NCBI GenBank assembly: GCA_043767985.1
Contig: JAYVKZ010000324.1
Coordinates: 17,083-81,082 of the forward strand
Source of the DNA: Betaproteobacteria bacterium
GTDB taxonomy: Bacteria; Pseudomonadota; Gammaproteobacteria; Burkholderiales; Burkholderiaceae_E
Length of the DNA stretch: 64,000 nt
Reading direction: 5' to 3'
In this document: piece by piece, positions 18,947 through 28,093 of the stretch
Layout: each line of letters opens with the position of its first letter
How positions within the stretch are numbered: the stretch's first letter is position 1
Program-made: the position numbers and the translations under genes
Notes under the pieces: model-generated
What the model saw: the letters and a program-made list of their open reading frames with translations, nothing else
The model's database searches: none
What the model was told of the DNA's origin: nothing

Positions 18947-19882
18947 CTAATGTTGCACCAACCAAGCCCAAGCACTCAAACTAAAGAAGGCGCCCACCGT
19001 ACTCAACATAATAATCGCCGCGCAGCGTTCTACGTTGGAACCATTTCGCTCCGCGAAGAGAAACACAGAACCTGCGGTCGGCAAGGCGGCCGCCAGCAAA
19101 ATCACCGAGGCCTCGAACCGGCCGACGCCGAAGACATAGATGCCTAACATCCAAGCCAGTAGTGGGTGAAAGACTAGCTTGGTCACGACGATGATCCAAG
19201 TGTCGCTTTGAATTCTCGGCCGCTCGGGCCGAAACAATGAAATACCAATCGAGAACAAGGCAACCGGACCGGCGGCTGTTCCGAGCAAGCGCAATAGCTC
19301 GTCCACTGGTTTGACAAATTCAAGATTCAAGCCTGAGACAAAGAGCCCCGCTACGATCGCCCAAATGAGCGGGTTTTTCGCAACCCCAAGCAATGATTGT
19401 TTGACCGTATTCATCCATGTCTTGGAATCCCCACCCTCTTGAGCAGCTGTCGCCAAAGCAGCCGAGACCACAATCAGTAGGTCAGCAATCCCTGCGGCAA
19501 TCATCGGTGCAATCGCCTTGCTACCCATCAAAGCAGGAATGATCGCAAAGCCCATGTAGCCCCAATTGGACCAGGTGGCGCACATGCCGCCATAGCCAGC
19601 ATCGCGCCAGCTCTCATGATCGCCCCAACGTAAGCCGACCACGGTCACGGCAAGTACCGCTAAGCCAGCCACTGCGTAGGTCGCAAAAACTGGCGGGTTC
19701 GCGATACTCGAAAAAGGCGAGCCTGCGGCGAAACGAAAGAGCATCGCCGGCAGCGCAAAATAGAGCACGAAAGTATTGAGCGCGCCCACCGCTTTCCCAT
19801 CTAACTTACCTGTACGAGCGGAGATATAACCCAGCAAGACCAGGGCAAAGAAAGGGATCGTGACGTTGAAGATGGAGATCAA
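18947..19882 (-). CDS. AEC-family (auxin efflux carrier-like) membrane transporter
   Basis: ~10 TM segments and the N-terminus MISIFNVTIPFFALVLLGY typical of AEC/Mem_trans proteins. Confidence 0.85.
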   Translation of the reverse strand: MISIFNVTIPFFALVLLGYISARTGKLDGKAVGALNTFVLYFALPAMLFRFAAGSPFSSIANPPVFATYAVAGLAVLAVTVVGLRWGDHESWRDAGYGGMCATWSNWGYMGFAIIPALMGSKAIAPMIAAGIADLLIVVSAALATAAQEGGDSKTWMNTVKQSLLGVAKNPLIWAIVAGLFVSGLNLEFVKPVDELLRLLGTAAGPVALFSIGISLFRPERPRIQSDTWIIVVTKLVFHPLLAWMLGIYVFGVGRFEASVILLAAALPTAGSVFLFAERNGSNVERCAAIIMLSTVGAFFSLSAWAWLVQH

Positions 19883-19949
19883 GGAGGACTACACTCAGAG
19901 AGCGCTCTTGCGCCAAGCAAACATTGCGGCATCGATACTCAATCGGGTC

Positions 19950-20426
19950 TCAGCGAGGGATGTCGAGCTTGAAATCGTTGATCTGCGGCTTACTCAGAAA
20001 CTCCATTTTCATACGCACATCCAAGACACCGTTCTCTAGATTGGGCGTGATAGCGCAAGACAGGCTACCCTGGTCCAAAAGGATGGTCTCTCCATCTTGC
20101 AAGGATAAATACTTGCCCAAATTGGTGCTCGACAATTTTTCGGCTTCCTGCACATAACGATAAACCAAGCCCTCGGCGAGCATGATGGATACATTGCCGC
20201 CCACTAAGGAGCCCGAATACTTTAAATGAAAACGACTGGCAACACTCATCAGTAATTTCTTCGGGTCAGCTTTGTCGCGAATCAACTCTGCAATACCGCA
20301 GGGTTTGTCACTCAGTGCGGGACCAGCGCTTTGCGCGCTTACCGACAACGCTAGACTGACCAAAGCACATCCCGAGGCAAACTTTGTCAAGCATTTCGAA
20401 AGCAATGAGGAAAAAGAGGAAAACAT
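19950..20426 (-). CDS. Hypothetical exported protein
   Basis: Signal-peptide-like N-terminus (...CALVSLALSVSAQS). I recognise no family. The region looks locally AT-richer than its neighbours by eye. Confidence 0.5.
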   Translation of the reverse strand: MFSSFSSLLSKCLTKFASGCALVSLALSVSAQSAGPALSDKPCGIAELIRDKADPKKLLMSVASRFHLKYSGSLVGGNVSIMLAEGLVYRYVQEAEKLSSTNLGKYLSLQDGETILLDQGSLSCAITPNLENGVLDVRMKMEFLSKPQINDFKLDIPR

Positions 20427-20509
20427 AGGTCACCTACGAAAAGAATCGACACTTGAGCCAAGAGGGAAAGTGCCAGGCGCGAACTAACGAAAAGGCTTCG
20501 ATGCAACGC

Positions 20510-21640
20510 TTAAGCCAAGGCCCGACTAATGAGTATACGTTGGATATCACTGGTGCCTTCATAGATCTGAGCCACGCGCACATCGCGATAAATACGCTCG
20601 ACCGGGAAGTCACTCAAGTAGCCGTAGCCGCCATGAATTTGAATCGCATCCGAGCAGACCTTCTCGGCCATTTCACTGGCAAAGAGCTTGGCCATGGCCG
20701 CTTCTTTCAGGCAGGGCAGGCCCGCATCTTTGAGGCTTGCGGCATGCAAGATTAACTGGCGAGCCGCCTCAATTTGAGTGGCCATATCGCTCAAGCGAAA
20801 CTGAACCGCTTGGTGCTCAAAAATGGCCTGACCAAAGGCCTGTCGATCTTTGGCGTAGCTGAGTGCCGCGTCAAACGCAGCACGCGCCATGCCCAGCGAC
20901 TGAGAGGCAATACCAATGCGACCACCCTCCAGTCCAGACAGGGCGATCTTGTAACCCATGCCCTCTTCCCCGAGCAAGTTAGCGGCAGGAATACGGCAGT
21001 TCTCGAAAATGATTTGTGCGGTATCTGAGGCATGCTGGCCAAGCTTGTCCTCCAGTCGGGCCACCACATAGCCTGGCGTTTTGGTGGGTACCAAGAAGGC
21101 GGAAATGCCTTTTTTTCCCGCAGCCTTGTCGGTCACTGCCATCACAATGGCTACGTCGGCAGTTTTGCCCGAGGTGATGAATTGCTTCACACCATTCAAT
21201 ACATAGTGGTCGCCGTCACGGGTCGCGGTGGTTCGCAGCGCAGAAGCATCGGAGCCGGTGTGTGGTTCAGTCAAGCAAAACGCGCCGAGCATATCCCCGG
21301 CCGCGAGAGGTCGTAGCCACTGCTCCTTCTGGGCGGTATTCGCATAGCTCATCAAGATCGAACACACCGGACAGTTGTTCACCGAAATGATGGTGGAGGT
21401 TGCGCCATCCCCTGCGGCAATCTCTTCGATAATTAAGGCAAGGCAGGTGTAATCTAGTCCTGCCCCGCCCCACTCCTGCGGCACGGCAATGCCATAGCAA
21501 CCTAAGGCTGCCAGCCCTTTAAGTTCCTGGGTAGGAAAGGTGCAGTGCTTGTCCCAGGCCGCGGCCTTCGGCTTGATTTCGGCTTCAACAAAATCACGCA
21601 CGGCATCTCTCACCATGCGCAGGTCTTCACTTAACAGCAT
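20510..21640 (-). CDS. Acyl-CoA dehydrogenase (short/branched-chain type)
   Basis: Full ACAD architecture: GAFCLTEPHTGSDA, ...QIHGGYGY... and YEGTSDIQRILISR. Confidence 0.9.
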   Translation of the reverse strand: MLLSEDLRMVRDAVRDFVEAEIKPKAAAWDKHCTFPTQELKGLAALGCYGIAVPQEWGGAGLDYTCLALIIEEIAAGDGATSTIISVNNCPVCSILMSYANTAQKEQWLRPLAAGDMLGAFCLTEPHTGSDASALRTTATRDGDHYVLNGVKQFITSGKTADVAIVMAVTDKAAGKKGISAFLVPTKTPGYVVARLEDKLGQHASDTAQIIFENCRIPAANLLGEEGMGYKIALSGLEGGRIGIASQSLGMARAAFDAALSYAKDRQAFGQAIFEHQAVQFRLSDMATQIEAARQLILHAASLKDAGLPCLKEAAMAKLFASEMAEKVCSDAIQIHGGYGYLSDFPVERIYRDVRVAQIYEGTSDIQRILISRALA

Positions 21641-21643
21641 AAT

Positions 21644-22321
21644 CTACCAGGCAAGGGCCTGGCCCTTATAGTCAAAGAAACTACCGCCTGGGTAGGCTTG
21701 CGAATTAGCGATCACATTGCGCATGCCTGTCACGCTCACGACAGGGTCAACATCCGCATTAGGGCCACCCATATCAGTACGCACCCATCCCGGATGAAGC
21801 GAGAGCACCCGCACGCCAATCGGCGAGTATTCACCGTGGGCTAATTTACCAAGCATGTTGGCCGCCGCTTTGGAAGTTCGGTACAACATGCCATAGCTCG
21901 CGCTGGCATCGGCAATTGAACCCATGCGACTAGTAATAATGGCTAGGGTGCCTCGGGCAGGCCCAAGCAAGGGCGCAACCACGGGAATGATCCGCATGGA
22001 AGCCAAGACATTGGTGCGCATGACCAGATCGAACTGTTCGTCTGAGGGCGGCTGAGTGATGGTACTGGTGCGAGGGCCATATACCCCTGCATTGATCACC
22101 GATACGTCAATACGCTCGCCATCGAGCTGCCAGGCCATGCCGGCCACTTCACTGGCATTGAGTACATCGACGCTAAGAGTATTCACGCCCAGATCGCGCA
22201 GCTTTATGCGGTCGGCCTCGCTGCGGTGGGTACCAAACACCGTCCAGCCTTCGGCGCGGTATTGCTTGGCAAATTCTAGGCCAATACCTCTTGAGGCTCC
22301 AACGATTAAAACAGTAGACAC
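21644..22321 (-). CDS. Short-chain dehydrogenase/reductase (SDR)
   Basis: VLIVGASRGIG Rossmann motif, NAGV and Y-x-x-x-K (YRTSKAA). Confidence 0.85.
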   Translation of the reverse strand: MSTVLIVGASRGIGLEFAKQYRAEGWTVFGTHRSEADRIKLRDLGVNTLSVDVLNASEVAGMAWQLDGERIDVSVINAGVYGPRTSTITQPPSDEQFDLVMRTNVLASMRIIPVVAPLLGPARGTLAIITSRMGSIADASASYGMLYRTSKAAANMLGKLAHGEYSPIGVRVLSLHPGWVRTDMGGPNADVDPVVSVTGMRNVIANSQAYPGGSFFDYKGQALAW

Positions 22322-22525
22322 TGGCCATGCTCCTAGGCAATGATGAGTGACTTCGCGTATCCGAAGCCTTGCTGCATTTTAACGCCCAGGGCGAAGACTT
22401 CCTTAAATCATTTCCACTGGGCATGGGCTTTTTAAAAAGCTATTTTCAACTGACAGACTAACTTGCTTGCAAGTGATGTCGTCGCTAAAGACTCGCTTCA
22501 GTAGCTTCGCCCGGCATGAAATGCT

Positions 22526-22563
22526 TGCTTACGTTGCTTCATGTATCTACAATGTATCATTGT
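22526..22563 (+). promoter_or_regulatory. Candidate sigma70 promoter (TTGCTT-16-TACAAT) overlapping the perfect palindrome ACAATG-TAT-CATTGT upstream of mazE
   Basis: Read directly. The palindrome at 22549-22563 overlaps the -10 element, as expected for MazE/MazF autoregulation. Function is inferred. Confidence 0.4.
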
Positions 22564-22584
22564 CAACTCATGGAGGGAAACCAT

Positions 22585-22848
22585 ATGTCAATTACCCGAA
22601 TTTCAAAGTGGGGCAACAGCCTAGCCTTTCGGCTGCCGAGTGCAGATGCGCGGCAGTGGGGTGTTGTTGAAGGCACTGATGTTCTCGTTGAGATCAATCA
22701 CGGTGTGCTTACGGCACGCCTTGCCACGCCAAAGTACACTTTGGACCAGCTTCTTGCGACCTGCACTCCCGAAAATATGGCTTTGTCGGAGGACGATCAG
22801 GCCTGGATCAACATGAAACCCGTGGGTAAAGAATGGGGTGCTGAATGA
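22585..22848 (+). CDS. mazE: MazE/PemI-type (AbrB-fold) antitoxin
   Basis: MSITRISKWGNSLAFRLP is the classic MazE N-terminus. GGAGGG Shine-Dalgarno 7 nt upstream. The ORF is open from 22516. Confidence 0.85.
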   Translation: MSITRISKWGNSLAFRLPSADARQWGVVEGTDVLVEINHGVLTARLATPKYTLDQLLATCTPENMALSEDDQAWINMKPVGKEWGAE

Positions 22849-23189
22849 TTCTTCGCGTTGATCGCGGTGACATTATTCATGTTGACTTGGAACATACGAA
22901 GGGTAAAGAAATTAAGGGTTATCGGCCCGCTTTGGTCCTTACTCCCAAAGCATTCAATATTTTAGGCTTGGCGCTTGTCGCACCCATCACTCGGGGCGGA
23001 GTTGGCGCAAGGGAGAATGGCTTTACAGTGCAATTGATGGGCTCTGGATCCGAGACACAAGGGGTTGTCAACGTCCAGCAAATCACGATGATTGATCTCT
23101 CCGGTGAACGCAAAGTACGAGTTGTCGAAAAGCTGGACTCCTCGTTCGTTGCTGAGGTGCTTGCTCGTGCCCGCACGCTTCTTGATTGA
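22845..23189 (+). CDS. mazF: MazF/PemK-family endoribonuclease toxin
   Basis: RGDIIHVDL...GYRPALVLTPKAFN...VAPITRGG...VNVQQITMIDL. There is a 4-nt overlap with mazE. Confidence 0.9.
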   Translation: MILRVDRGDIIHVDLEHTKGKEIKGYRPALVLTPKAFNILGLALVAPITRGGVGARENGFTVQLMGSGSETQGVVNVQQITMIDLSGERKVRVVEKLDSSFVAEVLARARTLLD

Positions 23190-23356
23190 TCTGTTCAACG
23201 TGAATTCTGACGATCACAGTGGTTTCATTAGCGGGGACCCGCTAGTGCAATTGCCGTTTCGACCTGGGCAACGGAACGTAGCCGCATGCTGCTACAGTAC
23301 CCGTGGGAGCTAGATTTGCCTATTAATGGGCGTTAAGTTTAAATAAGCCCAAAATT

Positions 23357-23600
23357 ATGAGCAACTTCGCCAGCCAGGCAGGGGTCAACCGCAACACCCT
23401 AACGGCCCTGGAACTCGGCAAGCCCGGCACCAGCATGGGCGGTGCCCGTCCCAAGGCCACCATTGATTAGATCGTCACGGTGGCGCGTCCATGGCGCGAG
23501 AGCTTCTTCACGTGTGGTGTGTCCGTCCAGGACCTGGACTACATCGCTCCCGCCATCCTGCCCGAGCGTTTCTTCTTTGAAAGACCAGCTCGTGAATGAG
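23357..23600 (+). pseudogene. Heavily deleted hipBA-like remnant
   Basis: A 37-codon ORF joins an XRE/HipB-like HTH piece (QAGVNRNTLTALELGK) to a HipA-like GGARPKA motif. After a stop, the sequence VARPWRESFFTCGVSVQDLDYIAP resembles a HipA C-terminal piece. Confidence 0.4.
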
Positions 23601-23848
23601 TCGCCGTATCAGGCGCTGGATGTACGCCAGATATCTGTCCACGAGCGGGCGAGCGTGGCGGGGACCCAGCATCAAGGCCCACGTGCGTAAGTATCTTCTC
23701 GATGGCGGATCTGCCAAGGTACGGAGGCCTTGGCGTGCGCCAGGCCCCAACTGACCTGCTCCAAGTCTAGAAAGCAGACCAAAGGATGCGCGAAATTGAG
23801 GTTGAGAAGTCTCAGTGCTAACTACCTCGCAACATGACCTGAAATTTT

Positions 23849-24487
23849 CTAGATTTGAAACCTGTCAAATGCAAACAGCGCGGCCACGACCAGCGCAGCA
23901 GCCACTGGCCCGGCCAACGGATAGACGATAAATACCAATAAGGGGGCAACCATCAACAAATGGCGCAAGCCCCAGCTGTACAGGAGCCCCGCGCGGCGCA
24001 GGTATGCCACGGCTGTCGGCCCCCAGCGGTTGCGTTCTTCAGACTCGACCGGCATCGACAAAATAAAGCCTGCGTGGTTGTAGTAGCGCACCGCCATCGC
24101 CGAGCAGACCAGCGATGCAAACAACACAGCCATCAGCACCAGCTCTATCACTAGCCGGGCCGTAAAGTGTCGTGCCATGTTGTCGAGGGTACCAAAAGAA
24201 GAATTGAGAGACGGCGTGAGCAAAGTGGCTGCGCCAATCAAGCCTAAAGCTGCAGTTGATGCTGTCATAGTAGCGGCCATCAGCGAGTTACGCAGCGTTT
24301 GCACCGCCAAAATCTCAGAGCCTTTTTGCGTGGACAGGGCTGCAAACCACTCTTCCCGCAAGTTGGCATGTGCCGAACGCGCCAGCAACGCCGGGCTGCG
24401 CCGCTGCAGCCAGAGCAATGACAGCTCGTAGGCGACCAGCATGGCAACTGTGAGGCCTGCTGCCAGCAACGCCGTTAAGGTGGTCAT
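23849..24487 (-). CDS. DUF599-family membrane protein
   Basis: Four TM segments and RSAHANLREEWFAAL...LAVQTLRNSLMAAT, typical of DUF599. Confidence 0.7.
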   Translation of the reverse strand: MTTLTALLAAGLTVAMLVAYELSLLWLQRRSPALLARSAHANLREEWFAALSTQKGSEILAVQTLRNSLMAATMTASTAALGLIGAATLLTPSLNSSFGTLDNMARHFTARLVIELVLMAVLFASLVCSAMAVRYYNHAGFILSMPVESEERNRWGPTAVAYLRRAGLLYSWGLRHLLMVAPLLVFIVYPLAGPVAAALVVAALFAFDRFQI

Positions 24488-24497
24488 GTTGTGGCCT

Positions 24498-24935
24498 TCA
24501 TACAGCGCCTATTACCTTAGTGCGTTGACGGTTTTCGCGCCAGGTGAATATCACCATACCGATCAGCATGGCGGCGACAAAGACCAGCGCCTTGGGCTCG
24601 CCCATGCCAAGCGCCACCAAGCCAGGACCTGGGCAGAAACCGGCAACGCCCCAGCCCGCGCCGAATAGCGCACTGCCTGCTAACAGACGGCGATCTATGG
24701 CCGATGCGGTGGGCAGTTTCATTTCTGCGCCGATGAACGATCGCGTGCGGTTTTTAGCGACTAAAAAAGCAAAAAATCCGACTAAAATCGCCCCGGCCAT
24801 GACCAAGCTCAGGGAAGGATCCCAGGCACCCGCGAGGTCTAGGAAGCCGAGTACCTTGGCGGGATTTGCCATACCCGAAACGATGAGCCCTAGGCCGAAT
24901 ACCAAGCCTGACAGCAAAGAAGTTAGAACGTACAT
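24498..24935 (-). CDS. YeeE/YedE-family half-size membrane protein (sulfur-compound transport component)
   Basis: MYVLTSLLSGLVFGLGLIVSGMANPAKVLGFLD... and GFCPGP motif. The start at 24935 has a GGAGAG Shine-Dalgarno. The ORF extension to 25073 overlaps the upstream gene. Confidence 0.8.
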   Translation of the reverse strand: MYVLTSLLSGLVFGLGLIVSGMANPAKVLGFLDLAGAWDPSLSLVMAGAILVGFFAFLVAKNRTRSFIGAEMKLPTASAIDRRLLAGSALFGAGWGVAGFCPGPGLVALGMGEPKALVFVAAMLIGMVIFTWRENRQRTKVIGAV

Positions 24936-24946
24936 ACGAGCTCTCC

Positions 24947-25384
24947 TCAAAGATTGAACAGGTGGCGAAGAACATATACTGTGACGAAGCCAGCGCCCAT
25001 GAAAGTAGCAGTAGCCACCAGGGATCGTAGCGACAGCCGTGACAGGCCGCACACCCCATGCCCGCTGGTACAACCCGCACCATAACGTGTGCCCACGCCC
25101 ACCAGCAGCCCGGCAGCAACCAAAGCTGCGTAGCCAGCGTTAATCTGCACGGCAGGCAGGGCTAGAAAAACGGCATAGGCTAGCGGCGCACCGACCATGC
25201 CGACAAGAAAAGCCACCCGCCAAAGCATGTCACCCCGAGCTGGGGCAAGCAGGCCACCCAGCACGCCACTGATGCCCGCAATACGGCCATTGAGCAGCAC
25301 AAACATGGCGGCGGCCAAGCCAATCAACATGCCGCCAACCAGCGACGACCCGGGTGTAAATGCATTCCAGTCAATAGTCATCAA
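24947..25384 (-). CDS. YeeE/YedE-family half-size membrane protein
   Basis: LVGGMLIGLAAAMFVLLNGRIAGISG and GAGCTSGHGVCG (conserved Cys motif). There is a 4-nt overlap with the regulator gene. Confidence 0.8.
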   Translation of the reverse strand: MMTIDWNAFTPGSSLVGGMLIGLAAAMFVLLNGRIAGISGVLGGLLAPARGDMLWRVAFLVGMVGAPLAYAVFLALPAVQINAGYAALVAAGLLVGVGTRYGAGCTSGHGVCGLSRLSLRSLVATATFMGAGFVTVYVLRHLFNL

Positions 25385-25719
25385 GCTTCTCCTTCAGGGC
25401 AATACAAACGGTGCAGAAGCACCAAAATTTCAAGCGTTCTTGGGTCGGCCACACTGTAGTAAATATTTTTTCCCTGACGGCGGGTACTGACGACGCCTTC
25501 ACTGCGCAACACGCCAAGTTGCTGCGACAAAGTGGGCTGAACGATGCCAAGCTCATTTTCAAGTTCGCTCACACAATGCTCACCTTGCGAGAGCTGGCAC
25601 AGCAGCAGCAACCGGTCAACATTGGCTAACACTTTTAAAACACTAACGCCTTCAGCGGCTGCGCTACGCAACTGCTCCGGGCTGATGACGGGCGGTGTGA
25701 TGTGAAGAGATGCATTCAT
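25381..25719 (-). CDS. bigR: ArsR/SmtB-family transcriptional regulator (BigR-like)
   Basis: Winged-helix region CVSELENELGIVQPTLSQQLGVLRSEGVVSTRRQGKNIYY. Cys residues sit in positions consistent with a redox switch. The gene is divergent from an MBL-fold hydrolase. Confidence 0.8.
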   Translation of the reverse strand: MNASLHITPPVISPEQLRSAAAEGVSVLKVLANVDRLLLLCQLSQGEHCVSELENELGIVQPTLSQQLGVLRSEGVVSTRRQGKNIYYSVADPRTLEILVLLHRLYCPEGEA

Positions 25720-25752
25720 ACGATAAATGGTGAATTTACGCGGTACAGGCCA

Positions 25753-25780
25753 TTGACATTAATATATCAAACAATATAAT
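25753..25780 (+). promoter_or_regulatory. Consensus sigma70 promoter TTGACA-16-TATAAT with embedded dyad TATAT-N6-ATATA (candidate BigR operator)
   Basis: Read directly. The flanking 7-bp inverted repeat TTAATAT (25759-25765) / ATATTAA (25791-25797) brackets the -10 element. Confidence 0.6.
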
Positions 25781-25818
25781 ATAAGTCAACATATTAACTA
25801 CATGAGGGATTGCCGAGT

Positions 25819-26700
25819 ATGAATAGCCGCATCACAACGCAAGCATTTTTTGATCCCAGCACCTGGACCGTGACCTACGTCGTATCAAACAATGCGGATC
25901 GCCACGCAGCCATCATCGATCCTGTGCTGGACTACGATTTCAAGTCTGGCAGCACCAGCACCGTCTCTGCAGACTTGGTGGTGAGCTACCTCAAAGCGCA
26001 AAATTTGACGGTTGACTGGATTCTTGAAACCCATGCCCACGCCGACCATTTGTCTGGCGCGTATTACCTGAAGGAGCGGGTAGGTGGGCGAATCGCCATT
26101 GGCGAAAACATTCGCACCGTGCAGTCCACCTTTAAGGCTGTGTTCAATCTGGGCGCCGAATTTTCAACCGATGGCAGGCAGTTTGACCACCTTCTCAGCG
26201 ACGGAGAGGTTTTCAATATTGGCAATGTCCAAGCTGTTGTCATGCTGGTGCCCGGCCACACCCCCGCCGACGTGGCCTACCGAATTGAGGACTCAGTTTT
26301 TGTCGGTGATACGCTGTTCATGCCCGATGTAGGCACGGCGCGCGCAGACTTTCCCGGCGGCGATGCGCACGCATTGTATCGGTCAATCCACAAAGTATTG
26401 GCCTTGCCGCTTGAGACCCAATTATTTGTTTGCCATGACTACCCGCCCGCATCGCGCAATGCACAATGGCAAACTACTGTGGCCGAGCAGCGCGAGAAAA
26501 ATATTCATGTGCGGGATGGTGTTTCAGAAGAACAGTTTGTAGCCATGCGCACCGCACGGGACGGCACGCTTGAAATGCCTTCGCTGATCATTCCTGCCAT
26601 ACAGGTCAATGTACGTGCAGGTGAGATGCCCGATCCTGAGGCCAACGGTGTTCGGTATCTAAAAGTTCCATTGAATACGCTTGGTGGGAAAGTACATTAG
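25819..26700 (+). CDS. MBL-fold metallo-hydrolase (Blh/ETHE1-like persulfide dioxygenase candidate)
   Basis: THAHADHLSG metal motif. GAGGGA Shine-Dalgarno 9 nt upstream of the ATG at 25819. Divergent from the bigR-like gene. Confidence 0.85.
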   Translation: MNSRITTQAFFDPSTWTVTYVVSNNADRHAAIIDPVLDYDFKSGSTSTVSADLVVSYLKAQNLTVDWILETHAHADHLSGAYYLKERVGGRIAIGENIRTVQSTFKAVFNLGAEFSTDGRQFDHLLSDGEVFNIGNVQAVVMLVPGHTPADVAYRIEDSVFVGDTLFMPDVGTARADFPGGDAHALYRSIHKVLALPLETQLFVCHDYPPASRNAQWQTTVAEQREKNIHVRDGVSEEQFVAMRTARDGTLEMPSLIIPAIQVNVRAGEMPDPEANGVRYLKVPLNTLGGKVH

Positions 26701-26707
26701 TGGGGTA

Positions 26708-27889
26708 TTAAATCATTTCCACGGCCATGGCAACCGCTTCGCCGCCGCCAATACACAGCGACGCAATACCACGCTTGCCACCGGTTTTACGAAGGCCACC
26801 TAATAAGGTCACGAGAATACGGGCACCGGAAGCACCAATAGGATGGCCCAGCGCAACTGCGCCGCCATGGATATTGACTTTGTCATGCGTGAGCTTGTGC
26901 TCCACCATTGCTGCCATGGTGACGGCAGCAAAGGCTTCATTGATTTCCCAAAGATCGACTTCGCTGCTTTTCCAGGCAGCCTTGTCGAGCACTTTTTGGA
27001 TTGCCCCAGCGGGAGCGGTGGTGAACCATTCTGGCTGATGTGCATGGGTGGAATGGGCAATGATGCGAGCGATCGGTTGCAGGCCTTTTTTAGCCGCAGT
27101 CGATGCTTTCATCAGCACTAGGGCCGCTGCACCGTCGGAGATCGACGAAGCATTGGCCGCAGTGATCGTGCCGTCTTTCTTGAACGCCGGTTTCAGGCCA
27201 GGAATCTTGTCGAGCTTAGCTTTGAAAGGCTGCTCGTCTTTATCGATCAGGTTTTCACCGGTCTTGGAGACCACCTTGACGGGGGCCATCTCCCAGGTAA
27301 AGCTGCCGTCGGAGTTAGCCCGCATGGCACGTTCCGTCGAAGTGATTGCAAACTGATCTTGCGCTTCACGGGTAAATTTGTACTTGTCGACACAGTTCTC
27401 GGCGAAGACGCCCATGGCGACACCTTTTTGGTAGGCATCTTCCAAACCGTCCATCGCCATATGGTCATAGGTGGTAAACGCGCCGTAACGGATACCTTTG
27501 CGGGCACTCAACATGAGGTGCGGGGCATTGGTCATGCTCTCCATGCCACCTGCAATCATAATGTCGTGACTACCGACTGTGACCAAGTCGGCGGCCATCA
27601 TGACGGCCTTTAGGCCTGAACCGCACATTTTCGAAAGGGTGACGGCGCCAACGGACTGGGGCAAGCCCGCCGCCAAGGTCGCTTGGCGCGCTGGCGCTTG
27701 GCCGAGGCCCGCCATCAGGCAATTACCAAAAAACACTTCCCCAACCTCTTCCCCCTTGATACCCGCTCGATCCACCGCCGCCTTGATCGCCACTGCGCCT
27801 AGTTGAACTGCGCTATGGGACGCAAAATCACCCAGCAAACTTCCGATAGGAGTGCGGGCAGCCGATACGATAACGATAGGGTCTTGCAT
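26708..27889 (-). CDS. Acetyl-CoA C-acetyltransferase (thiolase II)
   Basis: Active-site regions LSKMCGSGLKAV, NIHGGAVALGHPIGASGARI and CIGGGEAVAM. Confidence 0.92.
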   Translation of the reverse strand: MQDPIVIVSAARTPIGSLLGDFASHSAVQLGAVAIKAAVDRAGIKGEEVGEVFFGNCLMAGLGQAPARQATLAAGLPQSVGAVTLSKMCGSGLKAVMMAADLVTVGSHDIMIAGGMESMTNAPHLMLSARKGIRYGAFTTYDHMAMDGLEDAYQKGVAMGVFAENCVDKYKFTREAQDQFAITSTERAMRANSDGSFTWEMAPVKVVSKTGENLIDKDEQPFKAKLDKIPGLKPAFKKDGTITAANASSISDGAAALVLMKASTAAKKGLQPIARIIAHSTHAHQPEWFTTAPAGAIQKVLDKAAWKSSEVDLWEINEAFAAVTMAAMVEHKLTHDKVNIHGGAVALGHPIGASGARILVTLLGGLRKTGGKRGIASLCIGGGEAVAMAVEMI

Positions 27890-28093
27890 GTCAGTGTCGT
27901 TCTATTTTGTAAGGGAGTCAGATTGTCGCGCCGCTTTTGCGGCAATGCAACATCTGGATTCACTTTTCCACGCAATCTTTTGGATGAGGTGCTCTAAACT
28001 CGTCGCTCAGCGGCGACTTTGACGCAGAACCCTCAGCATTTTGGTGAACTCTTTCCTTGTTAGGCCGAATTTCTTGGCGATGAACCTGGGTTT

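Noticed and set aside
23508-23750. 80-aa minus-strand ORF in the mazF-DUF599 gap
   Set aside because: It is Arg/Pro/Leu-rich with no motifs, and it overlaps the presumed hipA remnant. It is most likely non-coding.
27890-28093. Possible gene remnant in the hydrolase-thiolase spacer. A minus-strand frame reads ...FIAKKFGLTRKEFTKMLRVLRQSRR*, which looks HTH-like. The track also has a 68-aa ORF at 27960-28166.
   Set aside because: There is no start codon and only ~28 codons before an upstream stop. The resemblance to an HTH is too weak to call without a search.
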